A stretch of DNA of 64,000 bases, from the NCBI GenBank assembly GCA_963706325.1, contig CAVPLT010000001.1, positions 576,001 to 640,000 on the forward strand. Direction: 5' to 3'. The stretch comes from an uncultured Nitrospiraceae bacterium (lineage in GTDB: Bacteria > Nitrospirota > Nitrospiria > Nitrospirales > Nitrospiraceae). Under the pieces are notes generated by a model. The model worked only from the letters and a program-made list of their open reading frames with translations. It was not told the DNA's origin and searched no databases. Position numbers and translations under genes: made by a program. Shown piece by piece: positions 1 to 10,203 of the stretch; positions within the stretch are counted from its first letter, which is position 1, and each line of letters starts with the position of its first letter.

Positions 1-1
1 A

Positions 2-1492
2 TTGGAGATTCCCTTCATTATCGTTTCGGGGTGCATCGGCGAAGATATGGCCGTGGAATGCATGAAGGCAGGCGCGGCAGATTACCTGTTAAAGGAACGC
101 TTGGGACGGTTGCCGCATGCTGTGTCACAGGCGCTGGAACGCAAGAGATTAGTGGAAGAGAAGCGCCAAGCGGAACAGCGGCTGTTTCTCGAAACCTTCC
201 ATGACCCCCTCACCGGTCTGCCCAACCGCTCCCTGTTCCTTGACCGGGTCAATCGGGTCATTCTTCGAAACCGGCGAGATACGAGCCGCTTGTTTGCTGT
301 GGTCTATCTCAGCCTCGAGGGGTTTCAGATTGTGCACAACAGCCTTGGGTCTACAGCAGCAGATCGATTACTCATCGAAGTCACCCGACGGATATTGATG
401 CGAGTTCGTTCTGCCGATACGCTGGCTCGGCTTGGTGCGGAAGATTTCGTGTTCCTCCTCGACAATCTCAAGTCAGACGACAATGCCACCAGGGTGGCGG
501 AGCGAGTGAGGCAAGAATTCGTGTTGCCATTTTCATTGGATGGGCAGGATATTTTTCTCACGGCGACTCTTGGCATTACCTTGAGCGCCACCGGGTACGA
601 CGATGCAGAGCATGTATTGCGGGATGCGACGACGGCCGTACATCGGGCTCAGGCTCTCGGCCGCTCTGGTTTCGCCATCTTCGACCAGGTGATGCACGAT
701 CAAGCCATGTCCCGGCTCAAATTGGAAACCGATCTGCGTCAAGCCATCGGACGGAATGAGTTTCGCTTCCATTATCAACCGATTATCGAGCTGCAGACGG
801 GACAGATTGCGGGGTTTGAAGCCCTCATTCGCTGGCAGCATCCGGAGCAAGGACTCGTGACGCCGCATGCGTTCTTAACGACTGCGGCTGAACTGGGGAT
901 GCTTCCGTCCTTGGGAGACTGGAGTTGCCGGGAGGCATGCGGGCAGCTACGTGCTTGGCAGGATGCTTTTCCGAAATTGATGCCGTTAACAATGAGCGTG
1001 AATCTTTCGACCGAACAATTTTCTAATGCGGACCTTGTGTCCACACTCCAGAAGGTGGTGCAGTCTACGGGTATAGCGCGCGGAAGCCTGAAGATCGAGA
1101 TTACGGAATCTGAAATAATGGAAAATCCGAAAGCGGTGAGGGATATGCTGCACCAACTCAAAGAGCAGGGTATCGAGGCCTGTTTGGATGATTTTGGAAC
1201 CGGCTATTCGTCTCTCAGCTATCTTCAGCAACTCCCGATCACGTTCATCAAGATTGATCAATCCTTCGTGCGGCGGTTAGGGGGAGAGGATGATGCCTTG
1301 GCAATCGTGAAGACGATCATGATCCTTGCGCATCAATTGGGTCGCAAAGTCATTGCAGAAGGGGTCGAAACCAGTGAACATCTGAGCATTCTCAGGTCGC
1401 TGGGTTGTGAGTATGCCCAAGGATACTTATTCGCAAAGCCTCTTCCCGAAGAGGCGGTTCCGCAACTTCTGGCAACAAGCCGGCGATGGTGA
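2..1492 (+). CDS. REC-GGDEF(degenerate)-EAL c-di-GMP phosphodiesterase, 5' truncated by window edge
   Basis: End of a receiver domain (IIVSG..GEDMAVECMKAGAADYLLK), HDPLTGLPNR, GGDEF motif reads GAEDF, and EAL motifs are intact (FEALIRW, IEITE, DDFGTGYSS, IKID, AEGVET, QGY). Confidence 0.92.
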   Translation: MEIPFIIVSGCIGEDMAVECMKAGAADYLLKERLGRLPHAVSQALERKRLVEEKRQAEQRLFLETFHDPLTGLPNRSLFLDRVNRVILRNRRDTSRLFAVVYLSLEGFQIVHNSLGSTAADRLLIEVTRRILMRVRSADTLARLGAEDFVFLLDNLKSDDNATRVAERVRQEFVLPFSLDGQDIFLTATLGITLSATGYDDAEHVLRDATTAVHRAQALGRSGFAIFDQVMHDQAMSRLKLETDLRQAIGRNEFRFHYQPIIELQTGQIAGFEALIRWQHPEQGLVTPHAFLTTAAELGMLPSLGDWSCREACGQLRAWQDAFPKLMPLTMSVNLSTEQFSNADLVSTLQKVVQSTGIARGSLKIEITESEIMENPKAVRDMLHQLKEQGIEACLDDFGTGYSSLSYLQQLPITFIKIDQSFVRRLGGEDDALAIVKTIMILAHQLGRKVIAEGVETSEHLSILRSLGCEYAQGYLFAKPLPEEAVPQLLATSRRW

Positions 1493-1692
1493 TCTCTGGT
1501 GTGGTACGGACTGGTTCACATCATAATCAAACGATCGATAGTGCGACAGGCGCGGTTCAGACCAACAATCCTCCTCGCTACACCATTCTATTCCCCTCCC
1601 TGCGGTAGATCATCGGCGGCATAGCCAGGTTCACGATCCTCGGCTAGGCTTGCAACATGGACATCACGAAACCCACAGGAGGAGAAACGATT

Positions 1693-2071
1693 ATGTCAGC
1701 GAGGTACGATCGCGCCTCGTCGATCCCCATCCTGCCGATCAACGGCGATAAAATGTCGTCATTCGCGAATATCTGGCGAAAACCCATTTTTTATAGCGCC
1801 GGTCAGGAGGTCTTACAACGGGATGGAGAAATCAAGTTTACGATGACCTGTGGGGGGAGTTAGCCGCTGCACGGTGCGAGTCAGTTCTGCATTGCTATCT
1901 GATCAGCACCTCACTTCAATAGAGCTTCGCTGGGCCTTGAAGAAAAAGGATATTGCCCGCAAACTGCTCTCTGGCGACTACATCGATCTCAACCATGAGA
2001 TGCTGCGGACGGGAAATATGGGGGCAATTGCTCGGAGGCGGAGGCAAATCAGGAGTTCTGGCAATGAATGA
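1693..2071 (+). pseudogene. Hypothetical protein split by a frameshift in a G6 run
   Basis: GGAG RBS before ATG 1693. ORFs 1657-1863 and 1850-2071 join (..TMTCGG|VSRCTVR..) if one G is removed from the G6 run at 1852-1857. Confidence 0.45.
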
Positions 2072-2295
2072 ACAAGGGTGCGATTGCCCTTTGCAGGAAG
2101 CTGGACCATCTGGTCTGAAGGTGTCAGGCAATGCTTATTGTCAGCATTCTCCACCTGACCAAGTGCTTTTCTTAGCCCGCTGCCCACGTACCCATTTTTT
2201 TGCTGCAGCAGACGACGAAGAGCTTAAGCTTCTGGCATTGTATGGTTGCTCTAGCAAATATGCGGCGATACTACAGAATGGACTAGGGACATGCT

Positions 2296-2538
2296 ATGCG
2301 TAGGTCGTGTTTAAGGTATGGTTCAGGGATGTTGGTGTGGATAGCACTGAGCTGGGGATGTGCGGCAGTTCCTCCCTGTTCTCCACCAGAGGGCCTCACA
2401 GCGCCTGCTTCATCAATCAACCCGTCAAGTTCCGCTTTACAGCAAAAAGTTAAAGCACAGGAGAAGCGCATCAGCGAGCTCTCAACGCAGTTGCAGATGC
2501 TGAGGCGTATTGATCAAGATCAGCAAAGGCCGCGATAG
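2296..2538 (+). CDS. Small putative lipoprotein with C-terminal coiled coil
   Basis: Hydrophobic N-terminus ending SWGC, followed by a heptad-like QQKVKAQEKRISELSTQLQMLRRID segment. Confidence 0.6.
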   Translation: MRRSCLRYGSGMLVWIALSWGCAAVPPCSPPEGLTAPASSINPSSSALQQKVKAQEKRISELSTQLQMLRRIDQDQQRPR

Positions 2539-3184
2539 TATGAAGATAGCCGTGGGCACCATGTACTAAGAAAAGAAAGTCTATGATCGTCCGGCTTGAA
2601 ATTCTACGGCACATGTCGCCCGAATCGTATTGGCAACTCAAGCGATGTCAGGTGCAACGAGCCGCGATGATAGAGGCCCTAAGCGATCCTGCCTTGTTTC
2701 GTCCGATGCGGTCGACACGTTGGAGGAGGTCGCGTTGAGAATCGACGATTTGGTCTCACCCGGCCTACCACGCACTTAAGCCGCCGCCACATCCGCGCTT
2801 TCGCCATCAGGCATGTAGCATGGGTTCCGATTCTTGTCAGAGGGAAAGACATAAACAATCATATTCGGAACAACGAGCGATCCGACTTATCGGAATCCTG
2901 CCAAAAAATTTACCCCATAGTTGGTCATGCTATTGAAGACATACCTTTTCTTCGGGGACGCTCATTTTCCCTGACGGTGAGAGAAGGCTTGCTCAGCTAT
3001 CTTGTCGCCTAGTGCCAGCCCTAGTGGACCTCAATCGAATAGTAGCCTAGGCTCGAAAACGGCAGAATACGAAGCTCAGGGCGCGGGATGAAGATGCGAT
3101 GCTTATGCGCGCCAACTTCACGCTGAAAGCCTCGCCGCGCCAGAAGGCTTGAACGCGGTCATTGTCTAATCTTGGGAGCGATTC

Positions 3185-3775
3185 ATGATTCGTTTTGCGA
3201 GAAAACCGGACAGCGTCTTCTCTGAACTCATGGACTGTGCCATCACAGAGATCGTCGACAACTATTTGAATTTTGATAACCCACGGGATCAGGAAGATTG
3301 GTTGTGTGCCTCGATGCCGAGAGGAGCAAGATTTTTCACGGCGCCCCAGGCAAGGGAGCAACTGCTTGCCCTTCAGAAAATCTTTCACGATGACCGCCTG
3401 TATCAGCTCACTAAATACCACTGGCTGTTGTTGTATGAGTGCCTGGACACCTTTGCGCAGGGGTTCAATGAGCAGCCGGTTGGATGGTTAGCAAAAAAAT
3501 ATGGCATTCACCACATCGATTTTCGCAAGCTGATTCAGTTGTTTTTCTGGGACACCTCCTTTTTGGAGGATCATTTGGCGAAGATGAGTCGTCAAGAAAC
3601 ACGGACCATGTTGATTTGGCCGGAATCAATGGGACTCACGGCCGGCTTCAAGACCCATCCCGACGAGCTCGCATTCACCTTATGCAACGAAGCCCACACA
3701 AAGGACTTCCAAGAGAAAATCGAGGCCCCCGCATGGTCTGCCTCATCAAGTTCATATCCGAATGCGGTGAAATGA
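3185..3775 (+). CDS. Hypothetical protein (196 aa)
   Basis: Long ORF with a GGGAG RBS and globular-protein composition. No family recognised. Confidence 0.75.
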   Translation: MIRFARKPDSVFSELMDCAITEIVDNYLNFDNPRDQEDWLCASMPRGARFFTAPQAREQLLALQKIFHDDRLYQLTKYHWLLLYECLDTFAQGFNEQPVGWLAKKYGIHHIDFRKLIQLFFWDTSFLEDHLAKMSRQETRTMLIWPESMGLTAGFKTHPDELAFTLCNEAHTKDFQEKIEAPAWSASSSSYPNAVK

Positions 3776-3823
3776 CGGTCGGAGCTGACTGCGGGTGGCA
3801 TGATCGGCCACCCGGCTCCTTGC

Positions 3824-4291
3824 TTATGGCTTCGCAGGCTTTGTGCCCGCCAGGATCGCACGCACCTTTTCGAGCAACAGGTCTCCCGTCAACGGCTTCT
3901 GCAAGAAAGGATACTGTCGAAGCACTCTTGCCATCCCCCGGCCCCCCAATTTCCATGGCGAGCTCGCGGACATGAGCATAATCGGCGTCAGTGGCCACTT
4001 AGTGCGCAAAATCGGCACTAGCTTATCCCCGCGCATTCGGGGCGAGCCATTTTTGTGATTGTCCAGCTGAACCTCGGGTGGATACAGCATCACATCAATA
4101 AGGATCAGATCAATCTTCGCAGGATGCTCCGCACAAAGACGGTCCGCCTCGGCGCTGCCGATCGCCTTCAGTACCGAAAAGCCGTGGGCTTCCAGCTTAC
4201 CAGCGCAGAGAGTAAGCATCTCCACGTCATCATCGACAAGGAGATGGTGGACGGTCGTTGAGTGGGAAACGGATTCGTTAGTTGCCGACAT
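3824..4291 (-). CDS. Single-domain response regulator (REC)
   Basis: LLVDDD, DLILIDVM (phospho-Asp), MSAS and FLQKP motifs. Confidence 0.88.
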   Translation of the reverse strand: MSATNESVSHSTTVHHLLVDDDVEMLTLCAGKLEAHGFSVLKAIGSAEADRLCAEHPAKIDLILIDVMLYPPEVQLDNHKNGSPRMRGDKLVPILRTKWPLTPIMLMSASSPWKLGGRGMARVLRQYPFLQKPLTGDLLLEKVRAILAGTKPAKP

Positions 4292-4569
4292 GCCTCGTGT
4301 ACTCCATGAGCAGATTAGGCATTCGTCATGACGCCACTCTACTGCATTACTTCTCCAATGGAGCTAGGGAAACCCATAGGAGTCTTGAGCGCACTTTGTG
4401 AATTGGGCCCTACGGGCGCTATATCAAGGCACAGGTGTCCTCAAGCGGTGCCACTCAAGACGCCTCGTCAGTCGAATGTTAGAGCAATGCCTAGTGGTCG
4501 CGGCTCGTGCGAGTCTGTACGCTCTCTCGAGAACACCACTTTCATCTATTGTCGAAGGGGAGGAGTTTT

Positions 4570-4970
4570 ATTAAAACGCTGTATAGGAAATTGCACGTCC
4601 GAGTCGGAGTAATGCTCCTGGCACTTGGCGGTTTGCCGTTTATCGTGTGGGGCCAAGAGCCCATGACGGCGGCCCCCCGCAAGCGTCGTTCCCTCCATCT
4701 GAGAAATGCACCACGTCGACCCCGTGTCGAAATGTGACCAGAGAAGTGGTGAAGATAGAAGAATCATACTGGGTGCAATTTCCCAATGGGCAACAAACCC
4801 ATATTCGCGTGAAGCCCGACACGAAGATTGATTCGAGGGGCAGAATCGGCGACAGCATTGCCGCGCAACTCACGTCTACGGGGGATGCAGATGCGGTGAT
4901 TAAGCTGAGCGAGAAACCGCAGACCCTTGAGTTATGGAAGCCGGACAAGAACCTGATGGACATGCGCTAA
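4570..4970 (+). pseudogene. Small secreted beta-rich hypothetical protein, frameshifted
   Basis: AGGAG RBS at 4561 precedes ATT-AAA-ACG, possibly a mutated ATG. The signal-like (I)KTLYRKLHVRVGVMLLALGGLPFIVWG lies in one frame and the body (..EVVKIEESYWVQFPNGQQTHIRV..) in another, joined at the C6 run 4673-4678. Confidence 0.5.
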
Positions 4971-5132
4971 GAGGCTGTGCTCTTTGACTCGACGTAAAGG
5001 AAGCCCACAGCGCCCTCTCCACCGCCCGTGGGCATGGAGTGATGTGATCACCCGGGCGGACGTAGGTTGCGGGAGTGAGAGGCAGACATCAAAGAATACC
5101 GACAACATGCTGGTAAACAAAGGAGGGATGTT

Positions 5133-6047
5133 TTGTCTATGAACAGTTGTAAGACTTCGCATTTCAGTGTCACGCCCCGCTCGCGCGTGCTCATGATGGT
5201 TCTGTTGTTGGCTAGTCTGTCTTCGGCCGCTTGGGCGGCAGAAGAGTCCCTTGGGCCGGAGGCTACGCTGCGCCTCATTGTGGAGGCCAATGCCGCGCGA
5301 GACCTTGATACGATGTCCCGCTACATGTCGCACGATGCCGATGCAGTGGGGTACACCATCGACGGCCATAAATATGTCGGATGGCCTGCCCTAGAAGCAG
5401 AAATGCGGACAGAATTTAACGCCGTCCACAAGCTGGAGCTCCCGATCACGTACCTTCAAGTCTGGGAGAAGGGTGAACTAGCCTGGTTTGCGATGGAACT
5501 AGATTATATTCGGTACTTCAGCGCAGCGGATCTAAGTCAGCGGATGGTGCTACCGCTACGAGAAACGGGTGTCCTGGAGCGGCGAGAAGGCCGCTGGATT
5601 CTCATCGCGTGGCACGAATCGGGTAGGCAGCCGGACACGGGACTGGGTAGTCCACTGGAAGCTCCGGCGGCATTGCAGCATCGCACCGGTGGGATTCATG
5701 CGGACGCGGCCAACGGTAGCGACTTGAGCGGCCGGTGGGACATCACCGAGATTGAAGACAATAAGCAATACCGCGCGACGCTCGATGCTCAGGGCAATGG
5801 TGCGTATACTTGGCAGGGAGGGCAGATCCTGACCACAGCGTTTCACGATCGACGCTGGCAGGGGACCTGGAAGCAACCGGGCAATGATCGAGACGGAGGC
5901 TTTGAGGTCGTCCTATCAGAGGACGGGTCTGAAGCGAAGGGAATCTGGTGGTATAACCGGGTCGGGACGAAAAACAACATCCCGCCTCGGCAGCATGGCG
6001 GCAGTTATTTGTGGAAGCGGGTGATTTCCTCGCCCACGGTTCGCTGA
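5133..6047 (+). CDS. Secreted SnoaL/NTF2-like domain protein with an additional C-terminal beta-rich domain
   Basis: Signal peptide (..LLLASLSSAAWA), SnoaL-type pattern (ANAARDLDTM..YVGWPAL..RETGVLERREGRWILIAWHES) and a second domain starting DLSGRW. Confidence 0.82.
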   Translation: MSMNSCKTSHFSVTPRSRVLMMVLLLASLSSAAWAAEESLGPEATLRLIVEANAARDLDTMSRYMSHDADAVGYTIDGHKYVGWPALEAEMRTEFNAVHKLELPITYLQVWEKGELAWFAMELDYIRYFSAADLSQRMVLPLRETGVLERREGRWILIAWHESGRQPDTGLGSPLEAPAALQHRTGGIHADAANGSDLSGRWDITEIEDNKQYRATLDAQGNGAYTWQGGQILTTAFHDRRWQGTWKQPGNDRDGGFEVVLSEDGSEAKGIWWYNRVGTKNNIPPRQHGGSYLWKRVISSPTVR

Positions 6048-6399
6048 ATAACTGTCTCGAAGGCCGCATGGGCATAACAGCGGACGGTGTGAGGATTGTT
6101 CCTTCGGGTTCCACCGCAATTCGCGGGTGCCAGCCGCTTCTGCGGCCTCCCGGCGCTCGGCAAAGTAGCCCATCGTCTTACCGTACAGTCGGAGTGCTTT
6201 CATATTTATCGACTATTGTGCCGGTTCAACCATCGGCCGCATCATCTCTCCAATCCTTGCATGGACCGTGGGTTTCGCATCAGTCCAGTGGACATTTCAT
6301 GGATGGTTTTGACATTGACGCGATGAGGCTTATAAACGGTCGATATGTCCGGAGTCGAATGTAGTCACAATCAGTCGCACACAAGTCTGCGTAAAGCGC

Positions 6400-6633
6400 T
6401 TACACATAATCATCATTTTTCTTGTCGGCCAACTTCCGCAACACCCTTTCGAGTCGGGCTTTAACCAACTGCTCTAAAAGCGACCTCATTTTCGGATCAG
6501 TCTTGAGCACCTGTTCCATCAGCTGCTGACTCATCGCAGCCGCCGAACGCAGTAAGCCCTGGTCTACGGAGTTTCCAATAGCCTCGTCGATGGAAATGGC
6601 TTTCCGCCTCTGATGTTTTTTCTTTCCGCTCAT
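6400..6633 (-). CDS. Small basic helical hypothetical protein (77 aa)
   Basis: GAGGAGG RBS just upstream of the ATG and a plausible helical sequence. Confidence 0.6.
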   Translation of the reverse strand: MSGKKKHQRRKAISIDEAIGNSVDQGLLRSAAAMSQQLMEQVLKTDPKMRSLLEQLVKARLERVLRKLADKKNDDYV

Positions 6634-7113
6634 TAGACCTCCTCATTCTGACTGCTGCTGAATGAACTTTTGATGCCGGTGTTACTTCCATGTGCAATCC
6701 CAGGCCTGCTCCTGGTTCAGCCTGGCAATTAATCGCAGGCAGTCGCAACCACAATTTTCAAACCATCGTTCCTTATGCGCCTGCGTAGCGAACGATCACT
6801 CACTCTTATTGTCTATAGTGCAAACTCAGAGTTCTGTAAGGTAGCTCGTGCGCGGGATGGTTAGGAACACTGAGTGTCTGATTGGGTTACAGCGGGGAAG
6901 AAATCACCGAGAGCTGATCTGAGAATGATTAGCGGTGCATGGTGCCTCAACCTGAAGAAAGTCAGGCCGTCGCTCTCGGCCTTAGACAGGGCCACTGCGT
7001 CCCAACGCTGGTCAATCTCACTCTAATATGGATATAGCTTTCACTCACTCATAGTGGAGACGTTCTAGTGTCTCAGTCCCCAGTTGCCCCTGAGCAGGGT
7101 CTGCCTACCTTCT

Positions 7114-7713
7114 CTACGAGAGATGAGAAGCATTGGAGTGAGAGCCATACATGACATCGGTGCGGAGCACGTACTTCTGTCCGCTCTGCACGACCGCACC
7201 TTCGTGCCAAATAGAATGTAAGAATACCAGCGCTGCTCCTGCCTTCGGCTGAACCGAGAGATATGGACATCGAGGCGGCTGGAATGCTTGCTCTATGCCC
7301 GCATAGAACCTCGTCTCCCCGCCGGCCATTCCGTCGTTCAGATAGATCATAAACGTTAACTCACTTTTATGCCAGGTCTCCATCCGCAGATACTGCCCGT
7401 CCCGATGAGGGTTGAAGGTCTGACCAGGTTGATACCGGTAGAAACGCCACCGTTCGTTGAACCCGACAAGGCGATGGTCCTCAAGGACAGCCGGCAGGAG
7501 GGATTCAGCGCGTTGAAACAGGTCTGAGGCGAGCGACTCATCGTCGACAATGACTCGCCCGTTGTTACGGACATCCTCGTACATGACGCCAGCGACGGTG
7601 CTTGGTTCGTAGGCAAGCGCTTCGCTCCGTCGAATCAGTGCCGCGCACTCCTCCTTCGACAGGAAATTGTGAATCACGAAGACCTTCTCCGAATCCAGCA
7701 CTTCTTTGATCAC
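7114..7713 (-). CDS. 2OG-Fe(II) oxygenase (prolyl-4-hydroxylase-like)
   Basis: HNFLSxEEC, RFYRY, HxD (HRD), IYLND, GGET, distal His (WHEG) and Arg (LRTD) of the DSBH fold. Confidence 0.92.
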   Translation of the reverse strand: MIKEVLDSEKVFVIHNFLSKEECAALIRRSEALAYEPSTVAGVMYEDVRNNGRVIVDDESLASDLFQRAESLLPAVLEDHRLVGFNERWRFYRYQPGQTFNPHRDGQYLRMETWHKSELTFMIYLNDGMAGGETRFYAGIEQAFQPPRCPYLSVQPKAGAALVFLHSIWHEGAVVQSGQKYVLRTDVMYGSHSNASHLS

Positions 7714-7799
7714 GACGACACCCCCTCCATTTCGCCTGGTGTCCTATCCCCACAACGTACCTCGTCCTGCAAAGCACTTGGATTGCACCCAGAGGCCAG

Positions 7800-8126
7800 C
7801 ATCGCATCAATGGTATTCCTGTGCACCAAATCTCTCATTTATCTCATGCAGCATTGGAGCTTGGGCCTTCGGGCAAAAATGTGATGGTGTATGGGACAAG
7901 CGGGAGCGCTATGGACGAACGCCCAGAGACGCTTCTGCCGGATGGCCGGAGCCTTAACCAGGAACTCACCAAGGCAGGATTGCCGCGGCAGTCTCGGAAG
8001 TACTCACAAAATCTAAGTTGGGAAAGTTGGACCGTCAGGCGCGAGTGGCGAAGAGAATGGCTGTGGGTAGAAACGCGCCTCCTACCATGTGGGAATGACG
8101 GGGGAAGCGTCAAGCAGAGCTTCTAG
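7800..8126 (+). pseudogene. Degraded thermonuclease (SNase-like) remnant
   Basis: Collinear fragments in different frames (RINGI, AFGQK..RERYGRT, LLPDGRSLNQELTKAGL..RKYS..EWLW) match the SNase order RLxGID / DxYGRT / LPDGxxxNxxLVxxG / GLW. Confidence 0.55.
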
Positions 8127-8218
8127 GCGCGTCTGGATAGTTAGACTCTTGGTCTTATTTTGCATCTGGAGTATGCTTCCGCCCGTAGTTACAGAAATAC
8201 TTTCTAGACACATCTTCG

Positions 8219-9049
8219 ATGGGTAACTTCGCTTTTACGACCGCGTTGATTCTTTTACTGGCTTTGCCGGGATATTTATTTCGTGCCTGTTATAACTCCG
8301 GAGAGTTTACGCGTCAGCTGCTGTCCAGGACTTGGACCGATGATGTCGCGAAGGCGATTCTTTTCTCTGTCCCTTTCCACATCGCTTCGTTGGCATTCGT
8401 CGAGTATCTACAGCATGCCCACTGGTGGACCCATACTCTTTACGCTGAGTTGCCCTTCCGCGTTCTGACGGATCAGTACGCCGATCCATCCACACACCTC
8501 AAGGGATCTGTAACCGGGATAACCGGCGCTCTCTACAGCAATCAGCGGTATGTCTTAGCCTATTACGGTTTTGTCCTCGTGCTCGCCTTCCTGTCTGGTC
8601 ATGGCCTCCGCCATCTTGTATGGGAGTATGAATTAGATGTGAAATGGCCCGGCCTATTCCGATTTAAGAGCGAATGGATCTATCAGTTGATGGGGCGGGG
8701 GAAACTATTCGTTCCTCACGCCAATAGATTTTGCCGCATGGTTGGCATGGCGGGTGCCGGCTCTATCGCACATAAGGCTACGGTTGTCATTTTGGATGGA
8801 GTCACAGATCAACCGTCAGAAAGGCCGGGAAGGGCACAGCTGTATAGCGGGATAGTGGCCGGATTTACGGTCGATGACAAGGGAGGATTGAGCGAAATTG
8901 TACTCGTAAAGGCTAAACGAGGAAAGTTTTTGAAGAAGGCGCCGTTCGCGGGCTCTGAGTTTGTTCTAGAGGCGATTCCCGGCCGAGCTTTCGTGTTGCG
9001 TTACTCTACGGTAAAAAATATGAATCTCACTTACCTGCCTGTACCTTAA
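8219..9049 (+). CDS. Membrane protein, hypothetical (about 3 N-terminal TM helices plus a C-terminal soluble beta domain)
   Basis: 276-aa ORF with LLLALPGY at the N-terminus, several hydrophobic segments and a more AT-rich sequence than its flanks. Confidence 0.8.
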   Translation: MGNFAFTTALILLLALPGYLFRACYNSGEFTRQLLSRTWTDDVAKAILFSVPFHIASLAFVEYLQHAHWWTHTLYAELPFRVLTDQYADPSTHLKGSVTGITGALYSNQRYVLAYYGFVLVLAFLSGHGLRHLVWEYELDVKWPGLFRFKSEWIYQLMGRGKLFVPHANRFCRMVGMAGAGSIAHKATVVILDGVTDQPSERPGRAQLYSGIVAGFTVDDKGGLSEIVLVKAKRGKFLKKAPFAGSEFVLEAIPGRAFVLRYSTVKNMNLTYLPVP

Positions 9050-9188
9050 CGGGGGCTTTAGTGCCCCCGGCCATACCCATACATGAGGATTGGTGAGCCT
9101 TAGTGAAGAGCTCATCCAACTTACCTTCCTTTTCCAATTTGTCCGCGAGTTGATTGATTTGTTCGGTAAGGACGAAATATGTACCCAT
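9027..9188 (-). CDS. Small ORF (53 aa) absent from the ORF track, convergent with and overlapping the upstream membrane protein gene
   Basis: GGAGG RBS, ATG 9188 and TGA 9029-9027. Translation is MGTYFVLTEQINQLADKLEKEGKLDELFTKAHQSSCMGMAGGTKAPVKVQAGK. Confidence 0.5.
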   Translation of the reverse strand: MGTYFVLTEQINQLADKLEKEGKLDELFTKAHQSSCMGMAGGTKAPVKVQAGK

Positions 9189-9570
9189 AAAGCCTCCGTA
9201 CAGGTGTACGTTGATATCCTAATCCTTGCCCGATAGGGAATCAAGTAATCTCCCATAATGCCCCCTCGCTGGTCTGATTCAACGGTCGGTCCAATAGTTA
9301 CGATGGGACGACTCGCTAAGTTGCAGGGCAGAAGTGAGTTTGAACTTACTATATCGCCAAGCACAGCTTAGCCACCGCATCCGCCACGTCGCGGGTCGGG
9401 CGGGAAAGCCCCCCCTCGCGCTTACACGGGGACGCTCTCCGCGGAATGATTCCAGGATTTTCTATAGTCCATCCCGCATACCTTGATTTCTCCTAGGGTG
9501 CGTCCCAGTGCCCGCCAAAGCTGACACGGTCTAAAATGCCTCAAGTAGAAAGTGGAAAGGGGGTATCTCC

Positions 9571-9789
9571 ATGCCGTGTAATCGTTGCCACAATCTGATG
9601 TTTCCTGTTGATCTGTTGGACGAAGCCGGTGGGATTCTGCATCAACCAGATGCCGCTTGGCGATGCTTTGCCTGCGGCAATATTGTTGATCCTCTCATTC
9701 AGGTGAATCGCAGTCGGCACCACGAGCCTGAGGGCGACTCCCACAGACGGGGGGCACGGTTGAGGATAGCGCAGAGTGCGGCGGCCTGA
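9571..9789 (+). CDS. Zn-ribbon-like microprotein, family copy 1
   Basis: CNRC..DLLDEAGG..WRCFACGNIVDPLIQVNR, with a purine-rich RBS. Paralogous to the ORFs at 15700, 20253 and 24380. Confidence 0.8.
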   Translation: MPCNRCHNLMFPVDLLDEAGGILHQPDAAWRCFACGNIVDPLIQVNRSRHHEPEGDSHRRGARLRIAQSAAA

Positions 9790-9791
9790 TC

Positions 9792-9910
9792 ATGATCTGT
9801 CGGCGGGGCCATGTCGCTACTATACGAGGGCACAAGCATTGTAAGGCCATGGAGAACTCGTGGTAACTGCGACGACCCGATAGATCTACTCGTGTGGGGC
9901 CGTGAGATGG
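9792..9910 (+). pseudogene. Possible decayed tandem copy of the Zn-ribbon microprotein
   Basis: MICRRG.. is followed in another frame by PWRTRGNCDDPIDLLV, resembling WRCxxCGDxIDPLI. Confidence 0.3.
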
Positions 9911-10203
9911 CACGTCGCTGATGATCTCGCCAACGCGGTCATGGTCGCCATGTGCGATACGTAATCGGTTCGACGATTTGACGCTGGTATTCAAGCTATG
10001 TGTACCCTGATCATGAGCCGCCCCGCTGGATCGTTCGAGAGGTTGTGAGTGCCCCGAGTCGTCCTCCCGTGGATTACCGGCCCCCGGCCTTTGAGTGTGA
10101 ATGCACTGAGGCTCCCCCCAGCGATGCTGCATGGCTTCTGAGAAACGGCTGTGTCCTTTCGAGATGTGCAAGCTAGGGTTGCTGCACCTCAATACGCTTG
10201 ACC

